Below, in pieces: positions 27,525-37,512 of a stretch of DNA of 64,000 nucleotides. The notes below the pieces were generated by a model, which made no database searches, had not been told where the DNA came from, and saw only the letters and a program-made list of their open reading frames with translations. Every line of letters begins with the position of its first letter. Positions within the stretch are counted from its first letter, which is position 1. Position numbers and translations under genes: made by a program. The stretch is from contig JBHGNT010000015.1 of assembly GCA_043228905.1 (NCBI GenBank), positions 16,740,001 through 16,804,000 on the forward strand, in the 5' to 3' direction. The stretch is from Azolla caroliniana (lineage: Eukaryota; Plantae; Polypodiophyta).

Positions 27525-27656
27525 ACACAAAGAATATGCAAGTTAAAAGTATATTGACAAAGGAGAAAGACTCAACATTTTACAAGGTGGGAGGAGGGTG
27601 CTTTATGTAGTCACCCTCTCTCTTCATTAACTACAAGACTCATGGAGCATGGGGAA

Positions 27657-28380
27657 TGACAAGAACTATACGCTCCCCTACGAACAACGCTCGGCCACAA
27701 CCGAGCTTAGAATCAAACACAAAAAACAGGAATGAATGCACGACACAAAAAGTGAGAGAAGAGTACACAAGATGTTTACGTGGAAAACCCAAACTAGGGA
27801 AAAACCACGACAGCCCACAAGCTGCAAACTATCACTATGTTACGGTGTACAACAGTAAAGCACCGAGGCAACAACCTCGAGCTTTCTATCTTCGCCACAA
27901 GCGGCGGTTACAACAGAGGCAACAACCTCTTCCTCTCTCTCTCTCTCTCTCTGTACACAGTTACGTGCTCTCTCTTCTTGCACCAACAAGAATGACAAAA
28001 AAAACTCTATCAAAAGTTTGCCCTAAGTCATATTTATACTAATATGACTTTTCGGCTATTTACAAATATAGCCACGATGGACTCTCAAAAACATATTTAC
28101 GAGTATGTCTCCTCATCCGGTTCTCACCGGGTCTGCACCATCCGGCTCTCCGTAGCCGGGTTCTCCTCATCGGGTTCTCACCGGGTCTGCACCATCCGGC
28201 TCTCCGTAGCCGGGTACTCCTCATCCAGTTCTCACCAGGTCTGCACCATCCGGCTCTCCGTAGCCAAGTTCTCCTCATCCAGTTCTCATCGGGTCTGCAC
28301 CATCCGGCTCTCCGTAGCCGAGTACTCCTCATCAGCACTGTTCTTCTCCCTTCTCATCCGGAGGGACCTCTTTCCTAACA
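27657..28380 (-). mobile_element. Solo LTR (family LTR-C) inside the C2 5' LTR, with ~54-bp tandem repeats
   Basis: TG…CA ends, TSD GGGAA/TGGAA. Removing it restores a 389-bp copia LTR equal in length to 35922-36310. Homologous to 7544-8252. Confidence 0.87.
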
Positions 28381-28548
28381 TGGAATGTGAAAGCTCATAA
28401 GTTATGTGTCATAGAATATGATTCTATGACTCATACTAAATGCTAGAATACGAAGTGGTGACATAATGGTGACTCTTGACCGTTGGAGTGTCTCTTCACT
28501 CTCAAGGTGAGTTCACACACTAGACCAAGTTGAGCTTGATTCTCAACA

Positions 28549-30049
28549 GCTTCAACCCCTCTACTCGGAAGACTCGTGTAAGTCAGGATGTCGTCTTTAA
28601 CGAATCGACATCATGGTACAAACCCAAGCCAGCTCCTCCCAAACCATCTACGAACAACCTTGACAACACAGAAGACGATTATCAACTAAGGTCAATACTC
28701 GAAGAGAGTCCGGTCTCAACCAGATTGAGCGGACCACAAGAGCCTCCAAGCAACCAAAGCTCATCTCGGCCAAGTCCAAAGATTGACAAAGGGAAGGCCA
28801 AAATGTCGAATATGAAGACGATCATTTCGATGGCAACGAATCGACTCATTCACTCGATAGTGAGTTCGATGGCTTTGATATGCCTCTTATGAGGTCACCC
28901 GGAGTTGACAAAGCACTCACATCGGCAAATGAGAAACTCCGTCACTCCACCCGAGAGAAGAATCCGGTTAGTTGGTTCGGCTACGACTATATGGCATACC
29001 ACTATGCCTTTATGATGAAGGTGGCAGCAGTTCGAGAACCGGAGAGCTTTGCCGAAGCCGCTAAAGATCCGCGATGGGTCGAAGCGATGAACGAGGAGAT
29101 ACAAGCTCTCAAGAAGAATGAGACATGGGATCTCGTCCCTCACTCACCACACAAGAAGGCAATCGGCCGCAGATGGATATACAAAGTGAAGTATAATGCC
29201 GACGGTTCCGTCAACCGCTACAAAGCTCAACTCGTAACAAAGGGCTACGTACAAACACAGGGCATCGACTATGAAGAGACCTTTGCGCTGGTGGCAAAGA
29301 TGACAACCGTGCGAACCGTGATAGCGCTTGCAGCAACGAAAGGGTGGCACCTCCACCAGATGGAACACAATAACGCTTTTCTTCAAGGCAAATTAGAAGA
29401 GGAGGTGTACATGGTACAACCACCCGGCTTCGAATCCAAGATTCATCCAAAAGCCATCTGCCGACTCAAGAAGCCTCTCTACGGCCGACTCAGTATCGAC
29501 AACTGATCGGTAGTCTTATCTACCTCACGATCACTCGACCAGACCTGAGCTATCTGGTTGGCCTTCTTAGCCAGTTCATGCAAATGCCATGAGATATCCA
29601 TTTGGATTGTGCTAAGAGAGTGCTACGATACGTGAGCAGAACGATGGACTATGGCATTCTCTATAAGTCGGCCACGCCAATTCAACTCAAGGGGTACACA
29701 GATGCTGACTATGCAGGCTACAAAGCCGATCGACGATCAACCTCTGGTTTTGTCTTCTCCCTCGAAAGTGGAGCCATCTCCTAGAGTAGCAAGAAGCAAC
29801 CAACCGTCGCTCTTTCGAGTACAAAGTCCGAATACAGGGGCGCGGCGGTGGCTGCATGTGAAGCCGTATGGCTCAAGAGGATATTAAAGGATCTGGGCGT
29901 TCCCATCAAAGATCCGATTCTCCTTTACTTCGACAACATGAGCAGTATTTATCTGGCTCGAAACCCGGTGTTCCACGCACGCACGAAGCATATCGAAGTG
30001 CACGATCACTTCATTCGAGAGCGCGTTCAAGCTGGTGATGTCGACCTTC
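28549..30049 (+). pseudogene. copia C1 RT/RNase H with an internal RT deletion near 29484
   Basis: NETWDLV, WIYKVK, GIDYEETF; LKKPLYG jumps to PTQYRQLIGSL; YTDADYAG, RTKHIEVH. Continues at 35718 after T2. Confidence 0.9.
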
Positions 30050-30490
30050 TGTCAGGAATAGTACTAAAACAGAGATGGAATTAGTACTAAGAAGAGTACT
30101 AAGAGTAGTACTATTAGTACTAAGAGGACGGGACTGCGTAAGATTCCCGAGAGAGAGGAAGTGAGAAGAGGAGAGAGAGGGAAATAGGATGATGACAGCA
30201 GCTCTTATATTATATGAAAGATAAGTACAAATCGACTAAGAGGCTTAAGACTGGTGTTGAACCAATTTGGTTCAAAACAATGCCTTGTGCCTCCTTTTAT
30301 AGTGTTTTTAGGAATAATCCTGAAGCTTCTAGAATGTTCCAGAGAGATCTGGAATATACATCAATTTTCTATGATAAAGTATAAATGAAAATAATATCCT
30401 ACAAAATACACTTCATAATCTAATGGTAAGAGCTCGACCCATGTAGCATAAAGTCATGGGTTCGAGTCTTGCCATGACACTATCTCCCCC

Positions 30491-33400
30491 TTAAAGACGA
30501 CGAGTGGAACGAGTCGGCGCTAATTGCGGACCGGGTTTGTCCGGATACCTTCGGTGGAAATCAGCAAGAAGATCTTGTGCATTGGCAACATTCTCGACGG
30601 GTTCCCAAGTACGTTCGCTCGGACTATAACCGAGCCAATCGACCAAGTAATAAAGTTTGTTGCGAACAAGTTTGGAATCGAGGATGGCAGCAACTTCATA
30701 CTCCGGGCCGGCGTCCAACTCCAACGGGGGCGGCGGTGGTGTCACACGATCGGGAATGGTGTTTGCTTTATAAGGTTCAAGAAGAGAACAATGGAAAACT
30801 GGATGTATCTGAAGCTGCGGAGGGAGATCCAGACGGAAGGTGACATCATTAATCTTCCCCGTAATACGGAAAGGACCGAGTCGTCGATAATCCAACTTGT
30901 CGCACGGTCGAGTAGTCTTGATGTGACGACGTAAGAGCCATACTCGATCTCCGATGGCGAAAGAGGAGGGAATCCGATGACGATCCGCATAAGTCTTCTG
31001 TGTGTGTTGAGCATGACGAAGGTGAGTAGAGAGATCCATTTGGATCTTGCGTAGCCTCTCCAAATGGTCCTCGGCACGAGGGTTGGTAGGTAGCTCCGGA
31101 GTGTCGATCACCGACCAGCGAGGATGGAAACCGGTATAAGCGAGAAATGGGGAGACCCGAGTCGAGGAGTGAATAGCATTATTATACGCAAACTCCGCAA
31201 AGTGGAGAATCTCGGCCCAATCGTCCTGTTGATAACTCAGGAAACACCAGAGATATTGCTCCAACGTTTGGTTTGTTCGTTCCGCCTGTCCGTCAGTTTG
31301 AGGATGGTAGCCGGAGGAGAGGTTGCAGGAGACCTTGAGCATCCTGAAGAGATGCTGCCAAAATTTGGAGACAAATTGCGGGCCTCGGTCACTGATAATA
31401 CTATCTGGTAGGCCATGATGCCGAAATACCTCACGCATAACAAGAGCGGCGGTTTCCTCGCTAGTGATGGCTTTAGTACATGGCACAAAATGTGCCATCT
31501 TCGTATATCGATCGACGACGGTTAGGATAGCATCGAACCCCTTCGAGACTGGCAGATCTGTAATAAAATCAAGACAAATAGACTGCCATGGCTTACTTGG
31601 AATTGGTAAAGGTTCCAACAAGCCATATGGATGGTGTCGTGGCATCTTTGCTCGGCAGCAAGCATCACAGGTCCGAACGTAGTCGTCGACAAAACGGCGC
31701 ATGTGGGGCCACCAAAAAGATCGCTGCACTAACTCCAACGTCTTGGTACTACCGAAATGTCCCGCCGTATGGGTGTCGTGACAATGTTGGACGATTTGAA
31801 GGCGACAGGAGCAATCGGGGACATATACACGCTTTTTAAAGAATAACAAACCATCATGATATTCGAATTGTCGGTAGTCAATACCTGGTTGTTGAGACTG
31901 AGAACAGGATGCCCGAGAAGTATCAATGTGCGCCAGGATGTCTTGAGCAAAACTATCCGTCTTCAAGGTTGCACGTATGTCATCGGTAATCCGTGAATCC
32001 ATCGGGGTGTGAAAAATCCGCGTCGTGTGCAATCGTGTTGGTCCCAAGATTACTTGCTTCTGATTATCAAATGTTGCGTCACCAGGACGAGGTGCAAGAT
32101 ATGAACGCCGTGATAGTGCATCTGCTTTTCCTTGCTGCTTCCCCGGTCGATATGTGATTTCGAAGTTGAAACGCGTGAGGAATTGCGCCCACCGAGCTTG
32201 CCGTCGATTTAGTACGCGAGCGTTCTGAAAATAAGCAAGATTTTTATGATCGCTAAAGACAATGACCTGATGTGGAGAGCCCTCTAAGAAATGCCGCCAT
32301 TGTACAAATGAATCCACGATGGCTAATAACTCCTTGTCATGTATTTCGTAGTTGATTTCTGCGACATTGAATTTGCGCGAATGGAAAGCCACCGGATGCA
32401 ACTCTTCTTTATCGCCTTGTTGAGAAAGGATGCTACCGAGGGCGAAATCTGATGCGTCGGCCTCCATGATGAATGGTTTGCTTGTATCCACATGAGCTAG
32501 AATCGGTGCTGATGTAAAGGCTTTCTTAAGATGCCGAAAAGCCATATCTGCTTCGATGGACCAAAGAAATGCTTGGCCCTTCTTCGTAAGTTGTGTGAGA
32601 GGTAAAATAATCTTCGAGTAATCCTGTATAAACTTACGGTAGAAGTTAGCAAAGCCTAGAAAACATTGTACATCTCGTACCGACCGTGGAATTTGCCACT
32701 CTAGTACAGTTTGGATTTTAGCTGGATCCATGGCGATGCCCTTTGAGGAGATGACGTAGCCTAGAAATTCCACTTGCTTGCAGTCAAAGCTACATTTCTC
32801 TAGCTTGGCATAAAGACCATTCTCGCGGAGTCGCTTTAGTACTAATAGTACATGAGAATCGTGCTCTTCCTGGGTCTTCGAATAAATCAACAGATCATCC
32901 AGATAAATGATCAAACAGATATCCAAGAGGTCTCTGAATATATCATTTGCCATGTGTTGGAAGACTGCGGGTGCATTGGTTAAACCAAACGGCATCACAG
33001 TATACTCGAAATGCCCATACTGCGTGCGAAAAGCGGTCTTCCACTCATCTCCCGGTCGGATCCGCACGAGATTATACGCTCCTCGTAGGTCGATTTTAGT
33101 AAAAAACTTGGCACCATTAACTCGCTCTAAAAGACTTGATATAAGAGGAAGTGCATACCTATTCCGGATGGTGACTTTATTCAATCCGCGGTAATCAACG
33201 ACAAGACGAAGTGAGCCATCTTTCTTCTTGACAAAGAAGATGGGTGCACCGGCCGGAGATTTCGAATGACGGATGAACCCGCTTGCCAAGTTCTCCTCTA
33301 TGTAGGCTCGAAGGACTTCTAACTCGGTGGGTGACAAGTTGTAAATTGGTCCCCATGGTGGCTCGGTTCCTGGTTGTAAATCGATGGGACAGTCATAGGG

Positions 33401-34063
33401 ACGGTGATGAGGAAGGGTACCGGCTTTTACCTTGTCAAATACATCGGCATAAGGATGATATTTCGCCGGAAGTTGTATTGAGGAGTCCTTCTTAATAGTG
33501 CTAGAAGGATGTACTGATATGGCAAATAGGAACATTGCCTCCTTGGGTCCTTCTTCGCGTAGTTGATGGAGTGAAATGGTCGAAACTCGGTGAGTTGATT
33601 CTTGGGGTGGTCGATATCGGACTTCTCTTGTTCTCCAATCTGTGGCTGGATTATGTAATTCAAGCCAAGGTAATCCTAGGACAATGGGATGCTCTGGACT
33701 ACTAATTATATTAAATGATATTATACACACAAAACTACCTAGGACAACTTGAATGGGTTCTGATTCTTCTACAATATTCCCGGAAGCAATGGGACGACCA
33801 TCAATGACCACTACAGATGCGGGACAAGGAAGTTTTCTTAAGGATATCTGAGAAGCTTGGGCAAAATTTCGATCCATGAAACAGGAATTAGCTCCGGAAT
33901 CTAAAAGTGCTAGGACGGGTACTGGGGGAGTACTTTTAGTACTAACAATGACTTGGGCTAGGAACACATTGCTAACTTGCTTGGAAGGAATGGAACCACT
34001 AATGGGCTGTACAGATCTAGGGCTGTTGTCCAACCAAATGGCTCCTATTTTGGCTGGACTCAA
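30491..34063 (-). CDS. pol: T2 Pol (protease, RT, RNase H, integrase, chromodomain), in the -1 frame relative to gag
   Basis: LLDSGA, YLDDLLIYS, EADASD, HHCC (H..GH..CDAC), LDFI/SDRG/QAE, GPF, chromodomain YEVAAIL..YLVDWLGY..TWEP; 1190 codons open. Confidence 0.96.
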   Translation of the reverse strand: MSPAKIGAIWLDNSPRSVQPISGSIPSKQVSNVFLAQVIVSTKSTPPVPVLALLDSGANSCFMDRNFAQASQISLRKLPCPASVVVIDGRPIASGNIVEESEPIQVVLGSFVCIISFNIISSPEHPIVLGLPWLELHNPATDWRTREVRYRPPQESTHRVSTISLHQLREEGPKEAMFLFAISVHPSSTIKKDSSIQLPAKYHPYADVFDKVKAGTLPHHRPYDCPIDLQPGTEPPWGPIYNLSPTELEVLRAYIEENLASGFIRHSKSPAGAPIFFVKKKDGSLRLVVDYRGLNKVTIRNRYALPLISSLLERVNGAKFFTKIDLRGAYNLVRIRPGDEWKTAFRTQYGHFEYTVMPFGLTNAPAVFQHMANDIFRDLLDICLIIYLDDLLIYSKTQEEHDSHVLLVLKRLRENGLYAKLEKCSFDCKQVEFLGYVISSKGIAMDPAKIQTVLEWQIPRSVRDVQCFLGFANFYRKFIQDYSKIILPLTQLTKKGQAFLWSIEADMAFRHLKKAFTSAPILAHVDTSKPFIMEADASDFALGSILSQQGDKEELHPVAFHSRKFNVAEINYEIHDKELLAIVDSFVQWRHFLEGSPHQVIVFSDHKNLAYFQNARVLNRRQARWAQFLTRFNFEITYRPGKQQGKADALSRRSYLAPRPGDATFDNQKQVILGPTRLHTTRIFHTPMDSRITDDIRATLKTDSFAQDILAHIDTSRASCSQSQQPGIDYRQFEYHDGLLFFKKRVYVPDCSCRLQIVQHCHDTHTAGHFGSTKTLELVQRSFWWPHMRRFVDDYVRTCDACCRAKMPRHHPYGLLEPLPIPSKPWQSICLDFITDLPVSKGFDAILTVVDRYTKMAHFVPCTKAITSEETAALVMREVFRHHGLPDSIISDRGPQFVSKFWQHLFRMLKVSCNLSSGYHPQTDGQAERTNQTLEQYLWCFLSYQQDDWAEILHFAEFAYNNAIHSSTRVSPFLAYTGFHPRWSVIDTPELPTNPRAEDHLERLRKIQMDLSTHLRHAQHTQKTYADRHRIPSSFAIGDRVWLLRRHIKTTRPCDKLDYRRLGPFRITGKINDVTFRLDLPPQLQIHPVFHCSLLEPYKANTIPDRVTPPPPPLELDAGPEYEVAAILDSKLVRNKLYYLVDWLGYSPSERTWEPVENVANAQDLLADFHRRYPDKPGPQLAPTRSTRRL

Positions 34064-35217
34064 TCGTTTAACTCTTCATCTAATTGACTAAGGATTTCAA
34101 ATTTATTTGAGATACTTGGGCTATTAGTACTATGAATACTATCTGACACTCTATTAGTACTATTAATACTATCAGACACTCTGAAGGGAAGAATTGACTC
34201 GGGTTTAGTACAGGCGACGATTTGATTTACCTGTCTTCTTGGCCTATGGGGACAATTGATGGCGATATGTCCTGGTCCACCGCAATAAAGACATAATCGA
34301 TTGGCACGTCGTCGTTGCTTTTCTTCTTCCGATAACGGGCCGCGTCGACGCATGGTATCGATCTCCATCGGTGTCGAAGTATTTGCTTGAGGTATGTCTC
34401 GTGCAAACGGTTTAGCCGCGACTGCGGCGTAAGTGGGCTCTGGCCTAGAGCGTGGTATCTGTAATTGACGTTCTGAACGCCGTTCAAAAAGGCGGTTATC
34501 ACATCGAACTGCTCGACTGATTGCCTCCGTAAGAGACTTTGGTTCTTCGGGGAAAGTTAGAAGTAGATCTTTGACATCGTTTCGCAAGCCATAGCGAAAC
34601 TGCTCCATTAGTGCTTGATCATCCCAGGGTATATCTGAAGCAAGTAGGCGGAAATCCGCCGCGTAGGCAAAGGCTGGACGATCGCCTTGACGCAATCGCC
34701 GGATCTTGTTGATCGTCGTCCTGATGCTGTCGGTGTCTCCAAAGCAGGCTTTAAACTCACCAATAAAATCTTCAAAGTTATTAAGCAAGGGCGATTGTTT
34801 TTCTAGAAGCGGAGCAAACCATGCCAAGGCTGAGCCGCTAAGTAGCGTGCCTATTAGGCCGACTCGAGATGCATCAGTGGGATATCGGGAAGGATGCATC
34901 TGGATGACTAAGCGTACCTGATTAAGGAATCCCCGGAATTGCGAACGCGTTCCATCAAATTTCACAGGAAGTCCAATCTTGGGCTCTTTATGAAATCCTT
35001 GGGGACTGGATCCTTGTTGTTGCAACGCTGCTTCGAGTTGTTGTACCCGTAACGCTAACTCCCCATGTTGTTGTTGCGTTTGTTGTTTTTCTAGAGCGAT
35101 TTGTTGCAAATCCCCTATCAGCCGTTGGTTTTCTTGTTCCAGGGCAACAAATTTTTCTTTTAGGCACTGTAGCTCGGAGAAAACGGATTGGTATTCTTGG
35201 GCGCTAACAGTAGCCAT
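34060..35217 (-). CDS. gag: T2 Gag (385 aa; PEG10/RTL-like capsid, CCHC zinc knuckle)
   Basis: PVKFDGTRSQFRGF, LRQG, CLYCGGPGHIAINC; uninterrupted ORF. Confidence 0.93.
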   Translation of the reverse strand: MATVSAQEYQSVFSELQCLKEKFVALEQENQRLIGDLQQIALEKQQTQQQHGELALRVQQLEAALQQQGSSPQGFHKEPKIGLPVKFDGTRSQFRGFLNQVRLVIQMHPSRYPTDASRVGLIGTLLSGSALAWFAPLLEKQSPLLNNFEDFIGEFKACFGDTDSIRTTINKIRRLRQGDRPAFAYAADFRLLASDIPWDDQALMEQFRYGLRNDVKDLLLTFPEEPKSLTEAISRAVRCDNRLFERRSERQLQIPRSRPEPTYAAVAAKPFARDIPQANTSTPMEIDTMRRRGPLSEEEKQRRRANRLCLYCGGPGHIAINCPHRPRRQVNQIVACTKPESILPFRVSDSINSTNRVSDSIHSTNSPSISNKFEILSQLDEELND

Positions 35218-36525
35218 AGTATAGGGAAAAGGGTAGGAGGATGAGGGAGAGTGACAAGTAGGCTAGAGGAGAAAATTGGTTCAAACTGTCAGGAATAGTA
35301 CTAAAACAGAGATGGAATTAGTACTAAGAAGAGTACTAAGAGTAGTACTATTAGTACTAAGAGGACGGGACTGCGTAAGATTCCCGAGAGAGAGGAAGTG
35401 AGAAGAGGAGAGAGAGGGAAATAGGATGATGACAGCAGCTCTTATATTATATGAAAGATAAGTACAAATCGACTAAGAGGCTTAAGACTGGTGTTGAACC
35501 AATTTGGTTCAAAACAATGCCTTGTGCCTCCTTTTATAGTGTTTTTAGGAATAATCCTGAAGCTTCTAGAATGTTCCAGAGAGATCTGGAATATACATCA
35601 ATTTTCTATGATAAAGTATAAATGAAAATAATATCCTTACAAAATACACTTCATAATCTAATGGTAAGAGCTCGACCCATGTAGCATAAAGTCATGGGTT
35701 CGAGTCTTGCCATGACACCTTCAACATATCACTACGAATCTTCAGACAACCGACATCTTCACCAAAGCCCTAGGAGCCGACAAGCTTTGGCAATTCCTGT
35801 CAGACCTCAGATGGACGGTCCCTGACTTGCCAAGCTTGAAGGGGAGTACAAGAGAAAACCGGATACGATCCGAAGCAAACACCAACCGTAGTAGCCGACC
35901 AAAGTTGAGCTTGAGGGGGCGTGTTGAGAATCAAGCTCAACCTAGTCTAGTGTGTGAACACACCCTTGAGAGTGTGCACTCAAAGGTCAAAAGTCACCAC
36001 TTTTATCTACACATTAACTATGTGTCATATGACACATAACTAATGAGTTTTCACATTCCCCGTGACCCATGAGCTTGGGTAGTTAATGAAGAGAGAGAGT
36101 GACTATATGAAGCACTCTCCTCCTACTTTGTAATCAGGTCGATTAATCTCCTTTATAATATACATCTTCTTGAGTATTCCATTGTTGCTCAAATCTATCT
36201 ATCTTGTGTTTCTCTCTCTCACTCTCTCTCTCTCTCTCATACACACACACACTCACAACACATATCTCTAGTCTATTCCGCTGCACAAGAATCACCATCG
36301 ATTCTTTACACATATCAAACACTTCTTGTGAGTAGGGTGTCTAGATATTGAATGGTAGGGACAAAGTAGGGTAGTTTTTTATTATTGGCGCACTTTTTTC
36401 ATTATTATTATCCAGGTCGAACGGTGCAGATCGTAGGCACTCTAAGCTAAGTGTCTTGCACTGTCTATGGCTACACCTCCCTCACTAGGCTCTCTTTATG
36501 ATTTGGGTGCAAAGAGGCATGTTGC

Positions 36526-36736
36526 TTGTGATGGGATACATGTAGGGGCAGAACAGAAGCTCATGTATGTAAATTTGTAATGTATGTAGATAGGCATGTG
36601 ATGAGATAGATCACAAGGTAGAAGCTCATGTATGTATGTATGTATGTATGAATGTATGTATGTATGTATGTATGTATGTATGTATGTATGTATGTATGTA
36701 TGTATGTATGTATGTATGTATCAGGAGCGTATGTCT
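36526..36736. repeat. Minisatellite plus long (TATG)n, middle fragment of the interrupted array
   Basis: Same units as 1621-2024. Confidence 0.85.
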
Positions 36737-37512
36737 GCAACGTGTCTATTATGACATAAATCATAAAGAGGGTTGGCAAGGGAATCGCGGCCACAGACGG
36801 TGCAGGTCGCTTAGAGGAAGGCGCGTTTTCGTGAAGAAAACCGTCCACAAGCGGAATCGGTGCACCGGAGCATAGGAACCGGCTCTTCATGCACGTACGC
36901 CTTATGTTGTACAGAAGAGAGAATTAGGGACATGGAAGATCCTAGGTAGGTAGATTCGGTAGGTAGGAAGTTAATAGGAAACGGATCCCTTCTTGCCTAT
37001 AAAAGGAGGGAGACGAGGAGGAGGAAACGGATCGCGGTTAGAGAAAGGACGAAGTGTTGTCGGGTTGTCGGCCGAAGGCTTCTCTCTCTTCCATACTCCA
37101 TAGCTTCTTTCTGCGCAGGTTTTCGGGAGGCTCGCGCTGCTCTGAGGAATGCCCGAGTGCTTCCGGCAGCACCTCCAACCTACTCCTTTCCTTTGGAGCG
37201 TTTACGAACAGGCATCGACATCTGTTCGCCGGCCTGTTCGGTTGTAACCGACTTTGTGCTTCTTGTTGTTTTGTCTTTGTTAACATATACATACATACAT
37301 TCGCGTCTCTCTGTGTCGCTGTCCCACTCGCGTCTTTGTGTCGAAGGGCCGTGTCCCTGTGAATCTACGCTCGCACGTAGAGGGTCTCTTCTCCTTTCTC
37401 TCTTGCTCTTCGGTACAGGACCCCCGAGGTCCCGCATCATTCCACGCATCCGCGAGGAATACCTCGACATCTTGGTGAATCCAACGTGAAGGAGGCGGCA
37501 GAAGAGCAGAAG

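Larger units (their letters stand above)
23897..28548 (-). mobile_element. Ty1/copia element C2 (same family as C1) nested antisense in C1; 5' LTR 27431-28548 (contains a solo LTR), 3' LTR remnant 23897-24025
   Basis: PBS TGGTATCAGA (27430-27421), PPT TTGAGGGGGCG. The C1 frame resumes at 28549 (C|FNPSTR). Confidence 0.9.
30050..35717 (-). mobile_element. Tcn1/Tf1-like chromovirus T2, apparently intact (LTRs 35287-35717 and 30050-30479)
   Basis: Perfect TSD CCTTC. By eye the LTRs differ by one 1-bp indel. PPT GGGGGAGATAG; open gag and pol. Confidence 0.97.
2667..36310 (+). mobile_element. Ty1/copia LTR retrotransposon C1 (5' LTR 2667-2863, 5'-truncated; 3' LTR 35922-36310), disrupted by nested insertions
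   Basis: The LTR ends match (…ATCACCATCGATTCTTTACA). PBS TGGTATCAGAGC at 2864-2875 (tRNA-iMet) and PPT TTGAGGGGGCG before 35922. Gag-PR-IN-RT-RH order can be reconstructed across the insertions. Confidence 0.9.
2025..36525. mobile_element. MULE-1: degenerate Mutator-like TIR element, expanded by nested retrotransposons
   Basis: Left TIR ~2025-2180 (GCTCGTGTCTAT...AAATCATAAAGAG...GTGCACCAATAAAAAAGCACCCTAC) is the inverted homolog of ~36365-36525. Both match the TIRs of the transposase-bearing element at 36737-52286. No clear TSD. Confidence 0.7.

Noticed and set aside
30416-30479. A bona fide tRNA gene in the T2 LTR
   Set aside because: No proper acceptor or anticodon stems; kept only as a tRNA-like A/B-box finding.
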